Source: an uncultured Acidobacteriaceae bacterium
GTDB taxonomy: Bacteria > Acidobacteriota > Terriglobia > Terriglobales > Acidobacteriaceae
Direction: 5' to 3'
Assembly (NCBI GenBank): GCA_963750415.1
Contig: CAVVQX010000005.1
Coordinates: forward strand, 423,695 to 487,694
DNA: 64,000 nt
The notes beneath the pieces were generated by a model that did not search any database, was not told where the DNA came from, and saw only the letters and a program-made list of their open reading frames with translations. Positions 8,603-18,294 of the stretch are shown here, one piece after another (the stretch's first letter is position 1; each line of letters opens with the position of its first letter). A program made the translations under genes and the position numbers.

Positions 8603-8827
8603 GTGGGGATGCAACGGGCAACACTCAAGATTGTACTCAGCCTGGCTGGAGCGGGAGTGGCTGGCTTTGGCGTCTTTGTTTTGCTGGAAGCCGTGCTGCC
8701 GGGCGCGCATGGACCCACAGCCGGCGCCGTGCTCTTCCGCTTTCAGCTAAGCTCAATGATCGCAACGGCGATCTTTGCCGGGCTCGCCATTGTGATCTAC
8801 GTGCGTCTGTCACGTATAAGGAAGTGA
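8603..8827 (+). CDS. Small hypothetical membrane protein (2 hydrophobic segments)
   Basis: 74-aa ORF, divergent from the dsbA-like gene. Its stop TGA 8825-8827 is followed by ATG 8829 of the next small ORF. I recognise no homology. Confidence 0.4.
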   Translation: MGMQRATLKIVLSLAGAGVAGFGVFVLLEAVLPGAHGPTAGAVLFRFQLSSMIATAIFAGLAIVIYVRLSRIRK

Positions 8828-8828
8828 T

Positions 8829-9026
8829 ATGAAAAATCGGGCGGAGTGGCTAACCTTCGGGGTGTTTGTAATCGCCGTCCTGGGAGCATTGGCTTTCTTG
8901 CTGCGCCGTGGAGTTCACGGGCAGTCGACAGCCCTCGCAGTGGCCCTGGTGGTGATCCTGTTGTTGCGGATCGGGATGTTTGCCTGGAACCTGCGCCGGC
9001 AACGCGAGGAGCTCGATCGCCGATAG
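8829..9026 (+). CDS. Small hypothetical membrane protein (2 hydrophobic segments)
   Basis: 65-aa ORF, tightly coupled to the previous ORF. Sequence WLTFGVFVIAVLGALAFLL ... ALAVALVVILLLRIGMF. Confidence 0.45.
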   Translation: MKNRAEWLTFGVFVIAVLGALAFLLRRGVHGQSTALAVALVVILLLRIGMFAWNLRRQREELDRR

Positions 9027-9213
9027 ATCGAACCGGTGTCGGCAAAGTACGAAGCGGGAACGTTGTGCTACACTCGGTTCCCGCAAACGAAGCAGCCCGC
9101 TCGTGTGCAGGAAAATCCGGGTCTGAGTTTTACCTTTTTCTCGAGTTCGCAGGCCCACGGCCTTCCGCGACACGCTTCCTGGCGCGCACGGATTGTAATT
9201 GGAGATACCGCGG

Positions 9214-11442
9214 ATGAATCGTTCATTAAAGCCTTATCAAGGACAGGACATTCGTAACGTTGCCCTGGTCGGTCACGCCCACTGCGGGAAAACCACCTTG
9301 ATCTCCGCGCTGCTGCACGCCGCCAAAATGACCGAGAGGCTGGGACGGGTGGATGACGGCAGCGCCGTAACCGCGTATGACGAAGAGGATGTAGCGCGCC
9401 GTACAACCATGCAGAACGCGCTGGCATTCGCCGAGTGGCACAACGTAAAGATCAACTTTTTAGACACGCCGGGCTTTCCTATGTTCGTGCACGAGGCGCG
9501 TGCGGCGCTGCTGCCGGTAGAGGCGGCGCTGCTGGTGGTGAACGCCGCCTGCGGAGTGGAGGCCATGACCCGGCGGGTGTGGAAGTTTGGCGAGGAATTC
9601 AACCTGCCGCGGGCCATCGTAGTCAACCAGATGGATCATCCCCGGGCCGATCGCGAACGTACGGTCAACGCGTTGGGTGAAGCTTTTGGCCGCCAGGTGG
9701 TTCCGGTGCAGTTGCCTATTCTCGAAGGCAACGGACAAAATAGCACCTTTCGCGGGGTGGTGGACCTGATAACGATGCAGGCCTTCGTGTACGAGCCGGA
9801 CGGCAGCGGCTGCGGACGCCTTTCCGAGATTCCTGTGCGTCTGCGCGAAGAAGCCACGCTGGCCCACCAGGCCCTGGTGGAGCTGGTCGCCGAAGGCAAA
9901 GACGAGTTAATGGAAGAGTTCTTTCGCGAAGGAACTATCCCTGAAGAGCATCTGATCGTTGCGCTCCATGAGGCCATCCGCGAGGACCGTATCTTCCCTG
10001 TGCTCTACGCGAGCGGGCTAAGAAACGTGGGTAGCGACCGGGTGTTGGATTTTCTACAGGTGTATACGCCGGCGCCGATCGAGCGGGTTCCGGTAGCCGC
10101 CAGGGGCGCTGAGGAGTCGGCTCTGCGCCGCATCAAGGTGGGCGAGCCGCAGCCCGCGGAACAGTCCTCAGTCGGGGTGGCCGAAGCCGGCGGCGATGGC
10201 GCGGGGAACAGCCCCGACTCGGTTGCGGAAATGGTGTTGCGTAAGGTGGACGATCGCGAGCCGTTGTCCCTGTATGTGTTCAAGACCATGTCCGATCCGT
10301 TTGCAGGAAGGATCTCTTTTTTTAAGGTCTTTTCCGGAGTCGCCCGAAGCGACGCCGCAGTGACCAATTACACCCACCGCAGCGCAGAGCGGCTGGCTCA
10401 CTTGACGGTCATGCAGGGACGAACGGCGACCCCGGTCGGGGAGCTGCACGCAGGCGACATTGGCGCCGTCGCCAAGCTGCGCGAGACGTTTACCGGCGAT
10501 ACGTTGGGGGATGCGGGCCACGAGATCTATTTCGATCCGGTGACCATGCCGGAGCCGGCCGTCACTTATGCCATCGAACCCAAGACGCGAGCCGACGAGG
10601 ACAAGCTGGCGCCAGCGGTGCACAAGCTGATGGAGGAGGATCTGATGGTCCGCTTCTATCGCGATGCTGCGACTCACGAATTCCTGTTGGCTGGTTCGGG
10701 CCAGCCCCATATTGAGTCCGTAGTGCAAAAGTTGCGCCGCCGCTACCATACCGAGGTAACGCTCAAAGCGCCTAAGGTGCCTTATCGGGAGACTATCCGT
10801 GCCCGCTCCGACGCCCAAGGCAGGCATAAAAAGCAGAGTGGAGGCCACGGACAGTTTGGTGACTGCTGGGTGCGCCTGGAGCCACTGCCCTTGGGCTCAG
10901 GTTTTGAGTTTGTTAACGAAATCTTCGGCGGGGCGATTCCGCGAACTTTCATTCCCGCGGTGGAAAAAGGCATTCAGGAAGCGGCGTCCCGTGGCTGGCT
11001 AGCCGGTTATCCCATGGTCGATTTCCGAGCCGTACTTTACGACGGGAGCTACCATGACGTGGACTCCAATGAGCTTTCCTTCCGCCTGGCTGGACGGCTG
11101 GCCTTTCGCCACTGCATGGAGCAGTCAAGACCGGTTCTATTAGAGCCCCTGATGCGGGTGGAGATTGAGGCGCCGGAGGGTTTTACCGGCGTTCTCATGG
11201 GAGACCTGACTGGGCGGCGGGGCCGCGTTCAGGGAATGGGGAGCGGCCGGGGCACTACCATTATTCGGGCCGAAGTCCCGATGGCCGAGATGCTCAGTTA
11301 CGGCGCCACCCTCACTTCCCTCACCCAGGGATTGGGCAGTTTTCACATGGAAATGGCCCGGTATGATGTGGTCCCGCCGGCGGCGGCAGAAAAAGTTATC
11401 GCGGCGGCCCATAAGCATGTGCAGGCGGACGAAGAATCTTAG
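9214..11442 (+). CDS. Elongation factor G family GTPase (divergent paralogue)
   Basis: GHAHCGKTT (G1), DTPGF (G3), NQMD (G4) and EF-G domains II-V (FKTMSDPFAGRISFFKVFSG ... GSYHDVDSNELSF). GGAGAT SD before ATG 9214. Confidence 0.9.
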   Translation: MNRSLKPYQGQDIRNVALVGHAHCGKTTLISALLHAAKMTERLGRVDDGSAVTAYDEEDVARRTTMQNALAFAEWHNVKINFLDTPGFPMFVHEARAALLPVEAALLVVNAACGVEAMTRRVWKFGEEFNLPRAIVVNQMDHPRADRERTVNALGEAFGRQVVPVQLPILEGNGQNSTFRGVVDLITMQAFVYEPDGSGCGRLSEIPVRLREEATLAHQALVELVAEGKDELMEEFFREGTIPEEHLIVALHEAIREDRIFPVLYASGLRNVGSDRVLDFLQVYTPAPIERVPVAARGAEESALRRIKVGEPQPAEQSSVGVAEAGGDGAGNSPDSVAEMVLRKVDDREPLSLYVFKTMSDPFAGRISFFKVFSGVARSDAAVTNYTHRSAERLAHLTVMQGRTATPVGELHAGDIGAVAKLRETFTGDTLGDAGHEIYFDPVTMPEPAVTYAIEPKTRADEDKLAPAVHKLMEEDLMVRFYRDAATHEFLLAGSGQPHIESVVQKLRRRYHTEVTLKAPKVPYRETIRARSDAQGRHKKQSGGHGQFGDCWVRLEPLPLGSGFEFVNEIFGGAIPRTFIPAVEKGIQEAASRGWLAGYPMVDFRAVLYDGSYHDVDSNELSFRLAGRLAFRHCMEQSRPVLLEPLMRVEIEAPEGFTGVLMGDLTGRRGRVQGMGSGRGTTIIRAEVPMAEMLSYGATLTSLTQGLGSFHMEMARYDVVPPAAAEKVIAAAHKHVQADEES

Positions 11443-11685
11443 GGGTTGAGAGCCCTCCGCCCCGGGAAACCACGAACATCCCGGCGTTGCCGGGCCACAC
11501 CTCACGTTACTTCCCGGGCCTGATTCCGTCCGTCTTTGACAGGACTGCACTGCCCCCTCCGGCTCAGCTCGCCTAGTACGATACAGGGAGGCGGGAAGGC
11601 CGCGTCCCCAAAGGCCCAAAATTAGGCAACCCCGGGCCTCCGATTCGATCTAAAGGATTGAACGGAAAGGAAGAGACCACAGATA

Positions 11686-13128
11686 ATGACGATCCCAGCG
11701 CGGAGCCTGATGGCAGCGTTCACGGTGGTATTTTTGTCCATCGGAATGCTGCCAGCGCAAACGGCCAATCAGAGTTCCGCGCAAAGCCCCTATTACGGTA
11801 GCGTAACCATCGTGAAACCGACCGATGGGGTCAAGCCGCTGACGCTTGACGAGGCCATCGGGATGGGGATTGAGCACAACCTGGCGCTGGTCGAGGCACG
11901 GGAACAGGAGCAAAGTGTAAAGGCACAATCGCTCGAAAGCCTGCAACCTCTTCTACCCACGGTTACGGCCCAAGCTGATTCCGGTGCACACCAGATCAAT
12001 TTGGCAGCTTTAGGATTCTCCTCCAGCGTCGTGGGGAAGTTCGCAGTCCTTTTCCCGGATTTGGCCGGCTCCTCGTTTCCCACCGTGGTGAAGGTAAATG
12101 TCACCGACGCGATGGTGAATTACTCCCAAACCCTGTTCAGTTTGACTAATATTGACCGCTACCGTGCGTCAAAAGCGAATGTCGTGGCCGCCTACTTCAG
12201 TAAACAATCCTCTCGTGGGCTGGTCGTGCTCACCGTGGGAAACGCCTACCTGCAAGCGTTAGCTCTCGGGGCCCAGGTGGACAATGCACAAGCCTTGCTG
12301 CAGGCCGATCAGGTGCTTTTAAACCAGGCGGTCGCCGAGCATCAAGCAGGTACGGCGGCGAATCTGGATGAGATACGCGCCCGGGTCCAGTTCCAGACCC
12401 AACAGCAAGCCGTTATCTCGGCGGAAGTGAATTTCAAGAAGGCAAAGATCGCGCTGAACCGCGAGATTGGACTTCCGGCGGAACAGGAAATCAAGCTCAC
12501 GGACGCTGAGCCCTATGCCGACCTGGCGGCAATGAACATCGACCAGGCCAAGGAGATCGCCTACCGCAGCCGGCAGGACTACCAGGGTTTACAGGCACAG
12601 GTGCGGGCGGCGCAATTGCAACGGAAAGCAGCTCGATGGGAACGGCTGCCTACGCTTAATTTTCAGGGCAATTATGGCGTCACCGGCGTGACCGGCGGCC
12701 TTTACCACGGAACGTTTGTGGCTGCCGGGTCGTTGAATCTGCCCCTTTTCCAGGAAGCAAAGTTTCGCGGGGATAGTGGCGTTGCCGCCGCCAACCTCAC
12801 CAATCTCATGCAGCAACTGGCTGCGCTTAAAGAACAGATCAACCAGCAGTTGAGGGATAGCATCCTGGATGTGCAGTCAGCTACCGAGCTGGTGCGGGTG
12901 GCACAAAGCAACGTGGAGCTGGCGCGCAAGGAACTGGAACAGACTACGGAGCGGTTTGAGGCTGGAGTTGATGACAATCTGCCGGTGGTGCAGGCGCAGG
13001 CGACCCTGGCCAATGCGGAGACCAACCTGGTCAATACCACGAGTCAGCATAACCAGGCGAAACTGGGGCTGGCGCGCAACCTGGGCATCGTCGACACCCA
13101 ATACGCGACCTATCTGCACGGCCACTGA
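11686..13128 (+). CDS. TolC-family outer membrane efflux protein
   Basis: Signal peptide, two repeated OEP-type halves (LTLDEAIGMGIEHNLAL... / ...AQATLANAETNLVN), 480 aa. Confidence 0.85.
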   Translation: MTIPARSLMAAFTVVFLSIGMLPAQTANQSSAQSPYYGSVTIVKPTDGVKPLTLDEAIGMGIEHNLALVEAREQEQSVKAQSLESLQPLLPTVTAQADSGAHQINLAALGFSSSVVGKFAVLFPDLAGSSFPTVVKVNVTDAMVNYSQTLFSLTNIDRYRASKANVVAAYFSKQSSRGLVVLTVGNAYLQALALGAQVDNAQALLQADQVLLNQAVAEHQAGTAANLDEIRARVQFQTQQQAVISAEVNFKKAKIALNREIGLPAEQEIKLTDAEPYADLAAMNIDQAKEIAYRSRQDYQGLQAQVRAAQLQRKAARWERLPTLNFQGNYGVTGVTGGLYHGTFVAAGSLNLPLFQEAKFRGDSGVAAANLTNLMQQLAALKEQINQQLRDSILDVQSATELVRVAQSNVELARKELEQTTERFEAGVDDNLPVVQAQATLANAETNLVNTTSQHNQAKLGLARNLGIVDTQYATYLHGH

Positions 13129-13139
13129 TTTTGCCTGGT

Positions 13140-13823
13140 TTAACTTCCTGGCTGGTCCAGCAGCGTCACCGCCCCGCTGCGGAGATCGAAGTACCCAGCC
13201 GCTACGATCAGCTCGCCCTCTTCGATCATGGGCGCCAGCAGCGGGGATTCCCGCACACGGGCAGCCTGAAGCAAAGCGTTGGCGCGAACGGCTGACTCCA
13301 GGTCCGAGCCCGCTTGCTTCACGGCAGGTTCGATATAGGGAAAGAGCGCGCTGATCTGTCCCGGCGGAACTGGCTGAGCCGGGTTTGTGGCCTGGATTGC
13401 CGCGGTGACCGCGCCACACTTGCTATGGCCCATGACCAGGATGGTACGTGTTCCCAGAACTGCAACCGCGTACTCGAGGCTACCCATAATCTCCGCGCTA
13501 ACGACGTTCCCGGCGACGCGGGTGACGAAGAGCTGCCCGATGGTCTGGTCAAAAAGAACCTCTACCGGCACGCGCGAGTCAGCACAGGAGAGAATTGCCG
13601 CAAACGGTTCCTGCTTCTCCATCATCTGTTGCAGCAAGGCGAGGTCACGCCGATGGGAGGACGTGCGGCCACTGGTAAAGCGGTGGTTGCCCGCGATCAA
13701 CTCGTCCAGGGCAGCCGCGGGGCTGAGTTTTTTCTCGCTTTCGTTAGGGGAGAGGACGGGCTGAGAATCGGCCACCTCCACATTCGCCTGAGTTCCTGAT
13801 GCCATACCTGCATCGTATCCCAC
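13140..13823 (-). CDS. Beta-class carbonic anhydrase
   Basis: SCADSRVPVE ... VMGHSKCGAV zinc-ligand motifs (C, D-x-R, H-x-x-C). The more likely start is ATG 13805, since 13823 is a GTG. Confidence 0.9.
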   Translation of the reverse strand: MGYDAGMASGTQANVEVADSQPVLSPNESEKKLSPAAALDELIAGNHRFTSGRTSSHRRDLALLQQMMEKQEPFAAILSCADSRVPVEVLFDQTIGQLFVTRVAGNVVSAEIMGSLEYAVAVLGTRTILVMGHSKCGAVTAAIQATNPAQPVPPGQISALFPYIEPAVKQAGSDLESAVRANALLQAARVRESPLLAPMIEEGELIVAAGYFDLRSGAVTLLDQPGS

Positions 13824-13903
13824 TTCTCATCCCACTTCCCGGGTGCGATATCCTTTGCAGGGGGGATCAGCAGTTCTTGATCGAATTTTAAGAAAACAGG
13901 CCT

Positions 13904-15190
13904 ATGGCCCCACCGACAACAGGTACTGCCGCATTTGGCTATCGCGACTTTCGCCGCTATCAGTTGGCCCGGGTGCTGGTCATTATGGGTGCAGAAGCCC
14001 AGGCCGTAGCTGTGGCCTGGCAGGTATATGAGATCACTCATCGGGCGATCGACCTCGGGTACACCGGGCTGATCCTCTTCTTGCCCGGGCTCCTATTCCT
14101 GTTGCCTGCCGGGCATGTCGCCGACCGCTATGACCGCCGCCTGGTAATCCTGGTTTGCTACGCACTCCAGATTCTCTGTACCCTTTCCCTACTGGTCTTC
14201 GCCCTGCAGGGCCTGCATAGAGTTGCGCCGATATTCGCGGTGCTGTTCCTGATCGGCTCCGGGCGCGCGTTCAGCGGCCCTGCAAGTTCAGCATTGTTGC
14301 CCCACCTGGTTTCCACCAAGCACTTCGTGAACGCTATCACCTGGGGAGCCACGGTCTTCCAGATTGCCAACATCGCCGGGCCGGCGGTGGGCGGTCTGCT
14401 CTACACCCTGCCGCTGAAGGGCAGATTGTACGGGGCCCCCATCGTGTTTCTTTTTACCCTGGTTACCGGCATCAGCTTTGTGGTGTTGATCGGGTCTCTG
14501 CATGTACGCCCCGGACGCATGGAGCATAGAGCCATTTCTGCCGAAGTGATTCTGGCGGGGTTTCGTTACGTCTGGAAATCGAGGCTGTTGCTGGGATCCA
14601 TCTCGCTGGATCTATTTGTAGTGCTGTTAGGCGGCGCAACTGCGCTGCTGCCCATCTTTGCCCATGATCTGTTGCATACCGGGCCACAGGGATTAGGTGC
14701 GCTTCGCTCCGCCCCGGCGCTCGGCGCACTGGCGGTTTCTATCTGGATGACGTTCCGGCCGGGGTTGCGGCAGCCTGGTGCGCTCATGTTCATCGGAGTC
14801 GCTATCTACGGGACGGCGACGGTGGTCTTCGGACTCTCCCGTAGCCTAACGCTGTCGCTCGCCGCCCTGGTCGTCGTGGGCGCCTCAGACATGGTGAGTG
14901 TCGTGATCCGATCGTCGATGCTGCAATTGGCTACCCCCGCGTCCATGCGCGGTAGAGTAAGCGCGGTGAATTCGCTCTTTGTTGGAGCGTCGAATGAGCT
15001 GGGCGAATTCGAAAGCGGGGTCACGGCACAGTGGTGGGGCGCGGTGCGCGCAGTGGTCGTGGGCGGCCTGGGAGCGCTAGCTATTACCGGCATCTGGAGT
15101 GTCCTGTTTCCGGCCCTCCGAGGCATTGACCAGCTGACGGAAGAATCGCTCATGCAAGCCGAAGAAGAACCATCGAGCGCGAAGTTTTAG
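13904..15190 (+). CDS. MFS transporter (EntS/MFS_3-like)
   Basis: 428 aa with about 12 hydrophobic segments and the motif GHVADRYDRR after TM2. Confidence 0.85.
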   Translation: MAPPTTGTAAFGYRDFRRYQLARVLVIMGAEAQAVAVAWQVYEITHRAIDLGYTGLILFLPGLLFLLPAGHVADRYDRRLVILVCYALQILCTLSLLVFALQGLHRVAPIFAVLFLIGSGRAFSGPASSALLPHLVSTKHFVNAITWGATVFQIANIAGPAVGGLLYTLPLKGRLYGAPIVFLFTLVTGISFVVLIGSLHVRPGRMEHRAISAEVILAGFRYVWKSRLLLGSISLDLFVVLLGGATALLPIFAHDLLHTGPQGLGALRSAPALGALAVSIWMTFRPGLRQPGALMFIGVAIYGTATVVFGLSRSLTLSLAALVVVGASDMVSVVIRSSMLQLATPASMRGRVSAVNSLFVGASNELGEFESGVTAQWWGAVRAVVVGGLGALAITGIWSVLFPALRGIDQLTEESLMQAEEEPSSAKF

Positions 15191-15371
15191 TTGACAGAAA
15201 AGACTGCTGAATCGCACAATCCCTAAGGCTTAGCATCATATTTAGCCGTCCGCCCTCCCCCCGGGTCCGAAGATTCAATTCCTCGACCAACACGTATGAC
15301 GTGGTGAGCCTTGCCTGCAGGCGGACCGTCAGGTCGACCGCAAAAAACGGAATAAGGGGTTCGTACGAAAA

Positions 15372-17690
15372 ATGAAGAGTTCAGTTTTCCTGCAAGGTCT
15401 TGCGGCGGTTTGCATCGCCATCACTGCTTCTGCCCTTTCCGGCCAAACCAATGCCATTCAGCTGTTCGGCCCGGCGAACGTCAGACTCTCGACCGCGAAC
15501 ACTTCCGGATCGAAACCAAACACCTTCAATAGCACGAAGCTGAACCTGAGTTGCCCCTCCCCCGTCCACGCCACCATTTCGTCTTCGGCTGACGGCAACA
15601 GCAACGTACTGGTCGACAACTTTATATCGCTCAGCGTAGGAGGAGCCAGCCCGGTCAACATCTGCAAAAATGGCGTTTCAGAAGGAGATCAACAGGACTG
15701 TTTCACCAGCAGCTACCAAACGGATGCCGGCAACGGTACCCTGACTAACCAGGACCCGGATAATTTTGTCAGCACCGGCGGGGTGCCCCCCATCGACATC
15801 AGCGACAAGCTTGTCCCGGGGCCCGTACAGGCCAACATCGGGCTCGTGGATACCGGCGGTTTCCTCGCCGGCTCCACTATCTATCTGGTAACCAACTGCA
15901 CCAATGCAGGGGTGACAGGTCCCGGCAACATCACCGGCAACCCGATTTCCAAAACCAACCCGACGGCCCAACAACTTACGCAGAACTATTCGTTTAACCC
16001 CACGACTAACCAGGTAGTCCAGTTCACCTACGATCTCTCCCGGGCGCAGAGTTCCAACACATTATCGATACCCGATGGCAGCACGCCGTCGACTGCGGAT
16101 ACACCCATTGATCCCTCATCCTTCACGTCCACCTATCTGAACGGCACCTCATTTGCGACCGCAAACTGTCTGCTGCATGATGGCGAACTTTACAACGGAT
16201 CGCCTGCGTGCAAGCTCTACACCCTCACCTGTCAGATCGGCACCGATCCAACTCAGAAGGGAGCTTTGTGCCCCGCCTCACAGCAGCGTAATGAGATTTT
16301 TCAGGAAGCCTTCGATGGCCCCGCTTTTTCGCTTCCCGATGTTGCCGGCACGGATGGCCTGACATTCCACCAGGGAATTGGCTTTCTGGAAGCTGCCGAA
16401 AATTGGGGCGGGAAATCCTGTGTATTCGATTCATCGACCAGCCTTGCCAACCTGCTGTGCCCGCAAAATGTACTCACCAGCTTTTCCGGTCCTGGACTTT
16501 ACAGAAGCGGGGGATCATCGCAGGATCCGAATTCCTCTTTCATTACCGTCGCCCCCGTGCCGGAGGATTTGACCACAATCACGGTCACCGGGCAGCGTCC
16601 TGGAGGCTGGATCAATAGCCATAGTGCAACGGTAAACTTCGTCAGCACGCCTCCAGCTGTGTCTTCAACGAACGACTTCGTCGCTGCGCCTATCGAGAGC
16701 ATCATTTATGGCATCTCCAGCAACACGAACGTGCCTCAACCACCGGCACCCATAGCTGGCGACTTCACGCTCAATAACTCGATTGCCTGCCCGGCCCCTG
16801 GCGGAGGCAATCCACCGGCGGCCACTGTCTTCACAACCGAGGCGGCTGTCAACAACATTCCGGAGGGGCAAAACTTGCTGCATTACTATGCGCAGGACTG
16901 CGCCGGCACTCAGGAACTGAAGTTCACCCAAACTGCGGGAAGTTGGTCCACTTCCTTCTACACTTTCCCCATCAATGTAGACACGGTCAATCCAGTCGTG
17001 GCTTCGGGACCGACGTTATCACCGCCACCATCTACCATTGGCGGCGTTCCCAATGCCTATTCCCTTAATCAGAAAGGAGTCATGGCAACCTACCGTTGCA
17101 CGGACGACCTTTCCGGGGTCGTCCAATGCGGCACGTCGACCTTTAGTCCCGGCAAGCTGGACACCGGTAACATCACCAGCCCGATCGATACAACCAAGGC
17201 CGGCCCAGCAACCTTTACAGTCAACGCGGTGGATGCCGCCGGAAATACAGCAACCGCGTCGGTGAGCTACCAGGTGGTATCGGCGCCCACGGTGGACCTC
17301 AGCATTCTCAAAGTTGCTGTGCCCAAAGTGAAACACAATACGCAAATGACTTATGTGATTACGGCGGGCAACCTGAGCAAACAAACGGCTTCGTCAGTCG
17401 CGATCACCGATTCGCTTCCTGCCGGAGTCACATTCGTGAAAGTTTCGGCGCAGCAATTGACCTGCAGTAACGGCAAATGTTCCAACACGGCCAGTTGCGC
17501 CTTTGCCAGCAACACCGTCAGTTGTACGGCTGCCTCGATGACGTTGTTAAACCCTGTTCTTGTTGAGATCACCGTGAGCGTGCAGGCCAGCGCTGGAACG
17601 ACAATCAAGAACACTGCGACCGTGACCAGCGCGAATCCGGATTCGAAGCCAGGCAACAACCAATCGACAGCAACGACCGTTGTTAATTGA
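15372..17690 (+). CDS. Large secreted Thr/Ser/Asn/Pro-rich protein with C-terminal DUF11-type repeat domain
   Basis: Signal peptide MKSSVFLQGLAAVCIAITASALSGQ. C-terminal LSILKVAVPKVKHNTQMTYVITAGNLSKQTASSVAITDSLPAGVTFV...NTATVTSANPDSKPGNN is typical of the conserved repeat domain (DUF11). Confidence 0.7.
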   Translation: MKSSVFLQGLAAVCIAITASALSGQTNAIQLFGPANVRLSTANTSGSKPNTFNSTKLNLSCPSPVHATISSSADGNSNVLVDNFISLSVGGASPVNICKNGVSEGDQQDCFTSSYQTDAGNGTLTNQDPDNFVSTGGVPPIDISDKLVPGPVQANIGLVDTGGFLAGSTIYLVTNCTNAGVTGPGNITGNPISKTNPTAQQLTQNYSFNPTTNQVVQFTYDLSRAQSSNTLSIPDGSTPSTADTPIDPSSFTSTYLNGTSFATANCLLHDGELYNGSPACKLYTLTCQIGTDPTQKGALCPASQQRNEIFQEAFDGPAFSLPDVAGTDGLTFHQGIGFLEAAENWGGKSCVFDSSTSLANLLCPQNVLTSFSGPGLYRSGGSSQDPNSSFITVAPVPEDLTTITVTGQRPGGWINSHSATVNFVSTPPAVSSTNDFVAAPIESIIYGISSNTNVPQPPAPIAGDFTLNNSIACPAPGGGNPPAATVFTTEAAVNNIPEGQNLLHYYAQDCAGTQELKFTQTAGSWSTSFYTFPINVDTVNPVVASGPTLSPPPSTIGGVPNAYSLNQKGVMATYRCTDDLSGVVQCGTSTFSPGKLDTGNITSPIDTTKAGPATFTVNAVDAAGNTATASVSYQVVSAPTVDLSILKVAVPKVKHNTQMTYVITAGNLSKQTASSVAITDSLPAGVTFVKVSAQQLTCSNGKCSNTASCAFASNTVSCTAASMTLLNPVLVEITVSVQASAGTTIKNTATVTSANPDSKPGNNQSTATTVVN

Positions 17691-17842
17691 GTAGCAGGCC
17701 AGAAGGGAAAAAGGCGGACGACTCGGGATTTGGGAATTTAGTAGTCCCGAAGGGACGGCTGAACTTAGCTAGCCTAGGGCTAGCGTTGGGCTAGCTAGCT
17801 GGAACACTGGGGAAGACGCTGTCGAACGAAGGGCACGGCTTA

Positions 17843-17986
17843 AGAGGCTGCGGAAAAACTCGCCATTGGGTAGGAAAGCCGTACCTCAGGGGCTAAAGCC
17901 CGACGTATTTCCAATCACTTACGGCACGACTAAAGTCGTGCCCTGATACAAAACATGAGTTTTTCCGCAACCTGTTAAGCCGTGCC
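17843..17986 (+). repeat. 144-bp MITE-like element, copy B
   Basis: By eye identical to 18151-18294. About 16-nt TIRs GGCTGCGGAAAAACTC / GAGTTTTTCCGCAACC. Central hairpin GGCACGAC-TAAA-GTCGTGCC. Confidence 0.85.
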
Positions 17987-18150
17987 GTAAAGGATTTGCG
18001 CGCTTGACTGTGCCGCACAGCGCATGAGCAGCGGAGGGCTTTAGCCCCTGAGGTACCGTTCTTTCTTGCGTTTCAAACTAGTCCTTGAGAAAAAGCGTAC
18101 CTCAGCGCCTAAAGGCCATCTAGTTTTGCTGTCTCTAGCGGCACGACTAA

Positions 18151-18294
18151 AGAGGCTGCGGAAAAACTCGCCATTGGGTAGGAAAGCCGTACCTCAGGGG
18201 CTAAAGCCCGACGTATTTCCAATCACTTACGGCACGACTAAAGTCGTGCCCTGATACAAAACATGAGTTTTTCCGCAACCTGTTAAGCCGTGCC
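18151..18294 (+). repeat. 144-bp MITE-like element, copy C
   Basis: Direct repeat of 17843-17986, 308 nt downstream. Embedded in a larger repeat mosaic (about 17806-18700). Confidence 0.85.

Noticed and set aside
18066-18254. 62-aa ORF, plus the similar ORF 42177-42368 (-), both ending ...LKRLRKNSPLGRKAVPQGLKP.VF.ITYGTTKVVP
   Set aside because: The shared sequence is simply the translation of the 144-bp repeat element in one frame. There is no SD, and the flanks are other repeats.
17843-18294. Possible CRISPR array (identical direct repeats with a spacer)
   Set aside because: The repeat unit is 144 bp, far longer than a 24-48-bp CRISPR repeat. There are only two tandem copies. The 'spacer' itself is made of other repeat modules. 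The unit has terminal inverted repeats, and copies occur dispersed and inverted elsewhere. No cas genes are present.
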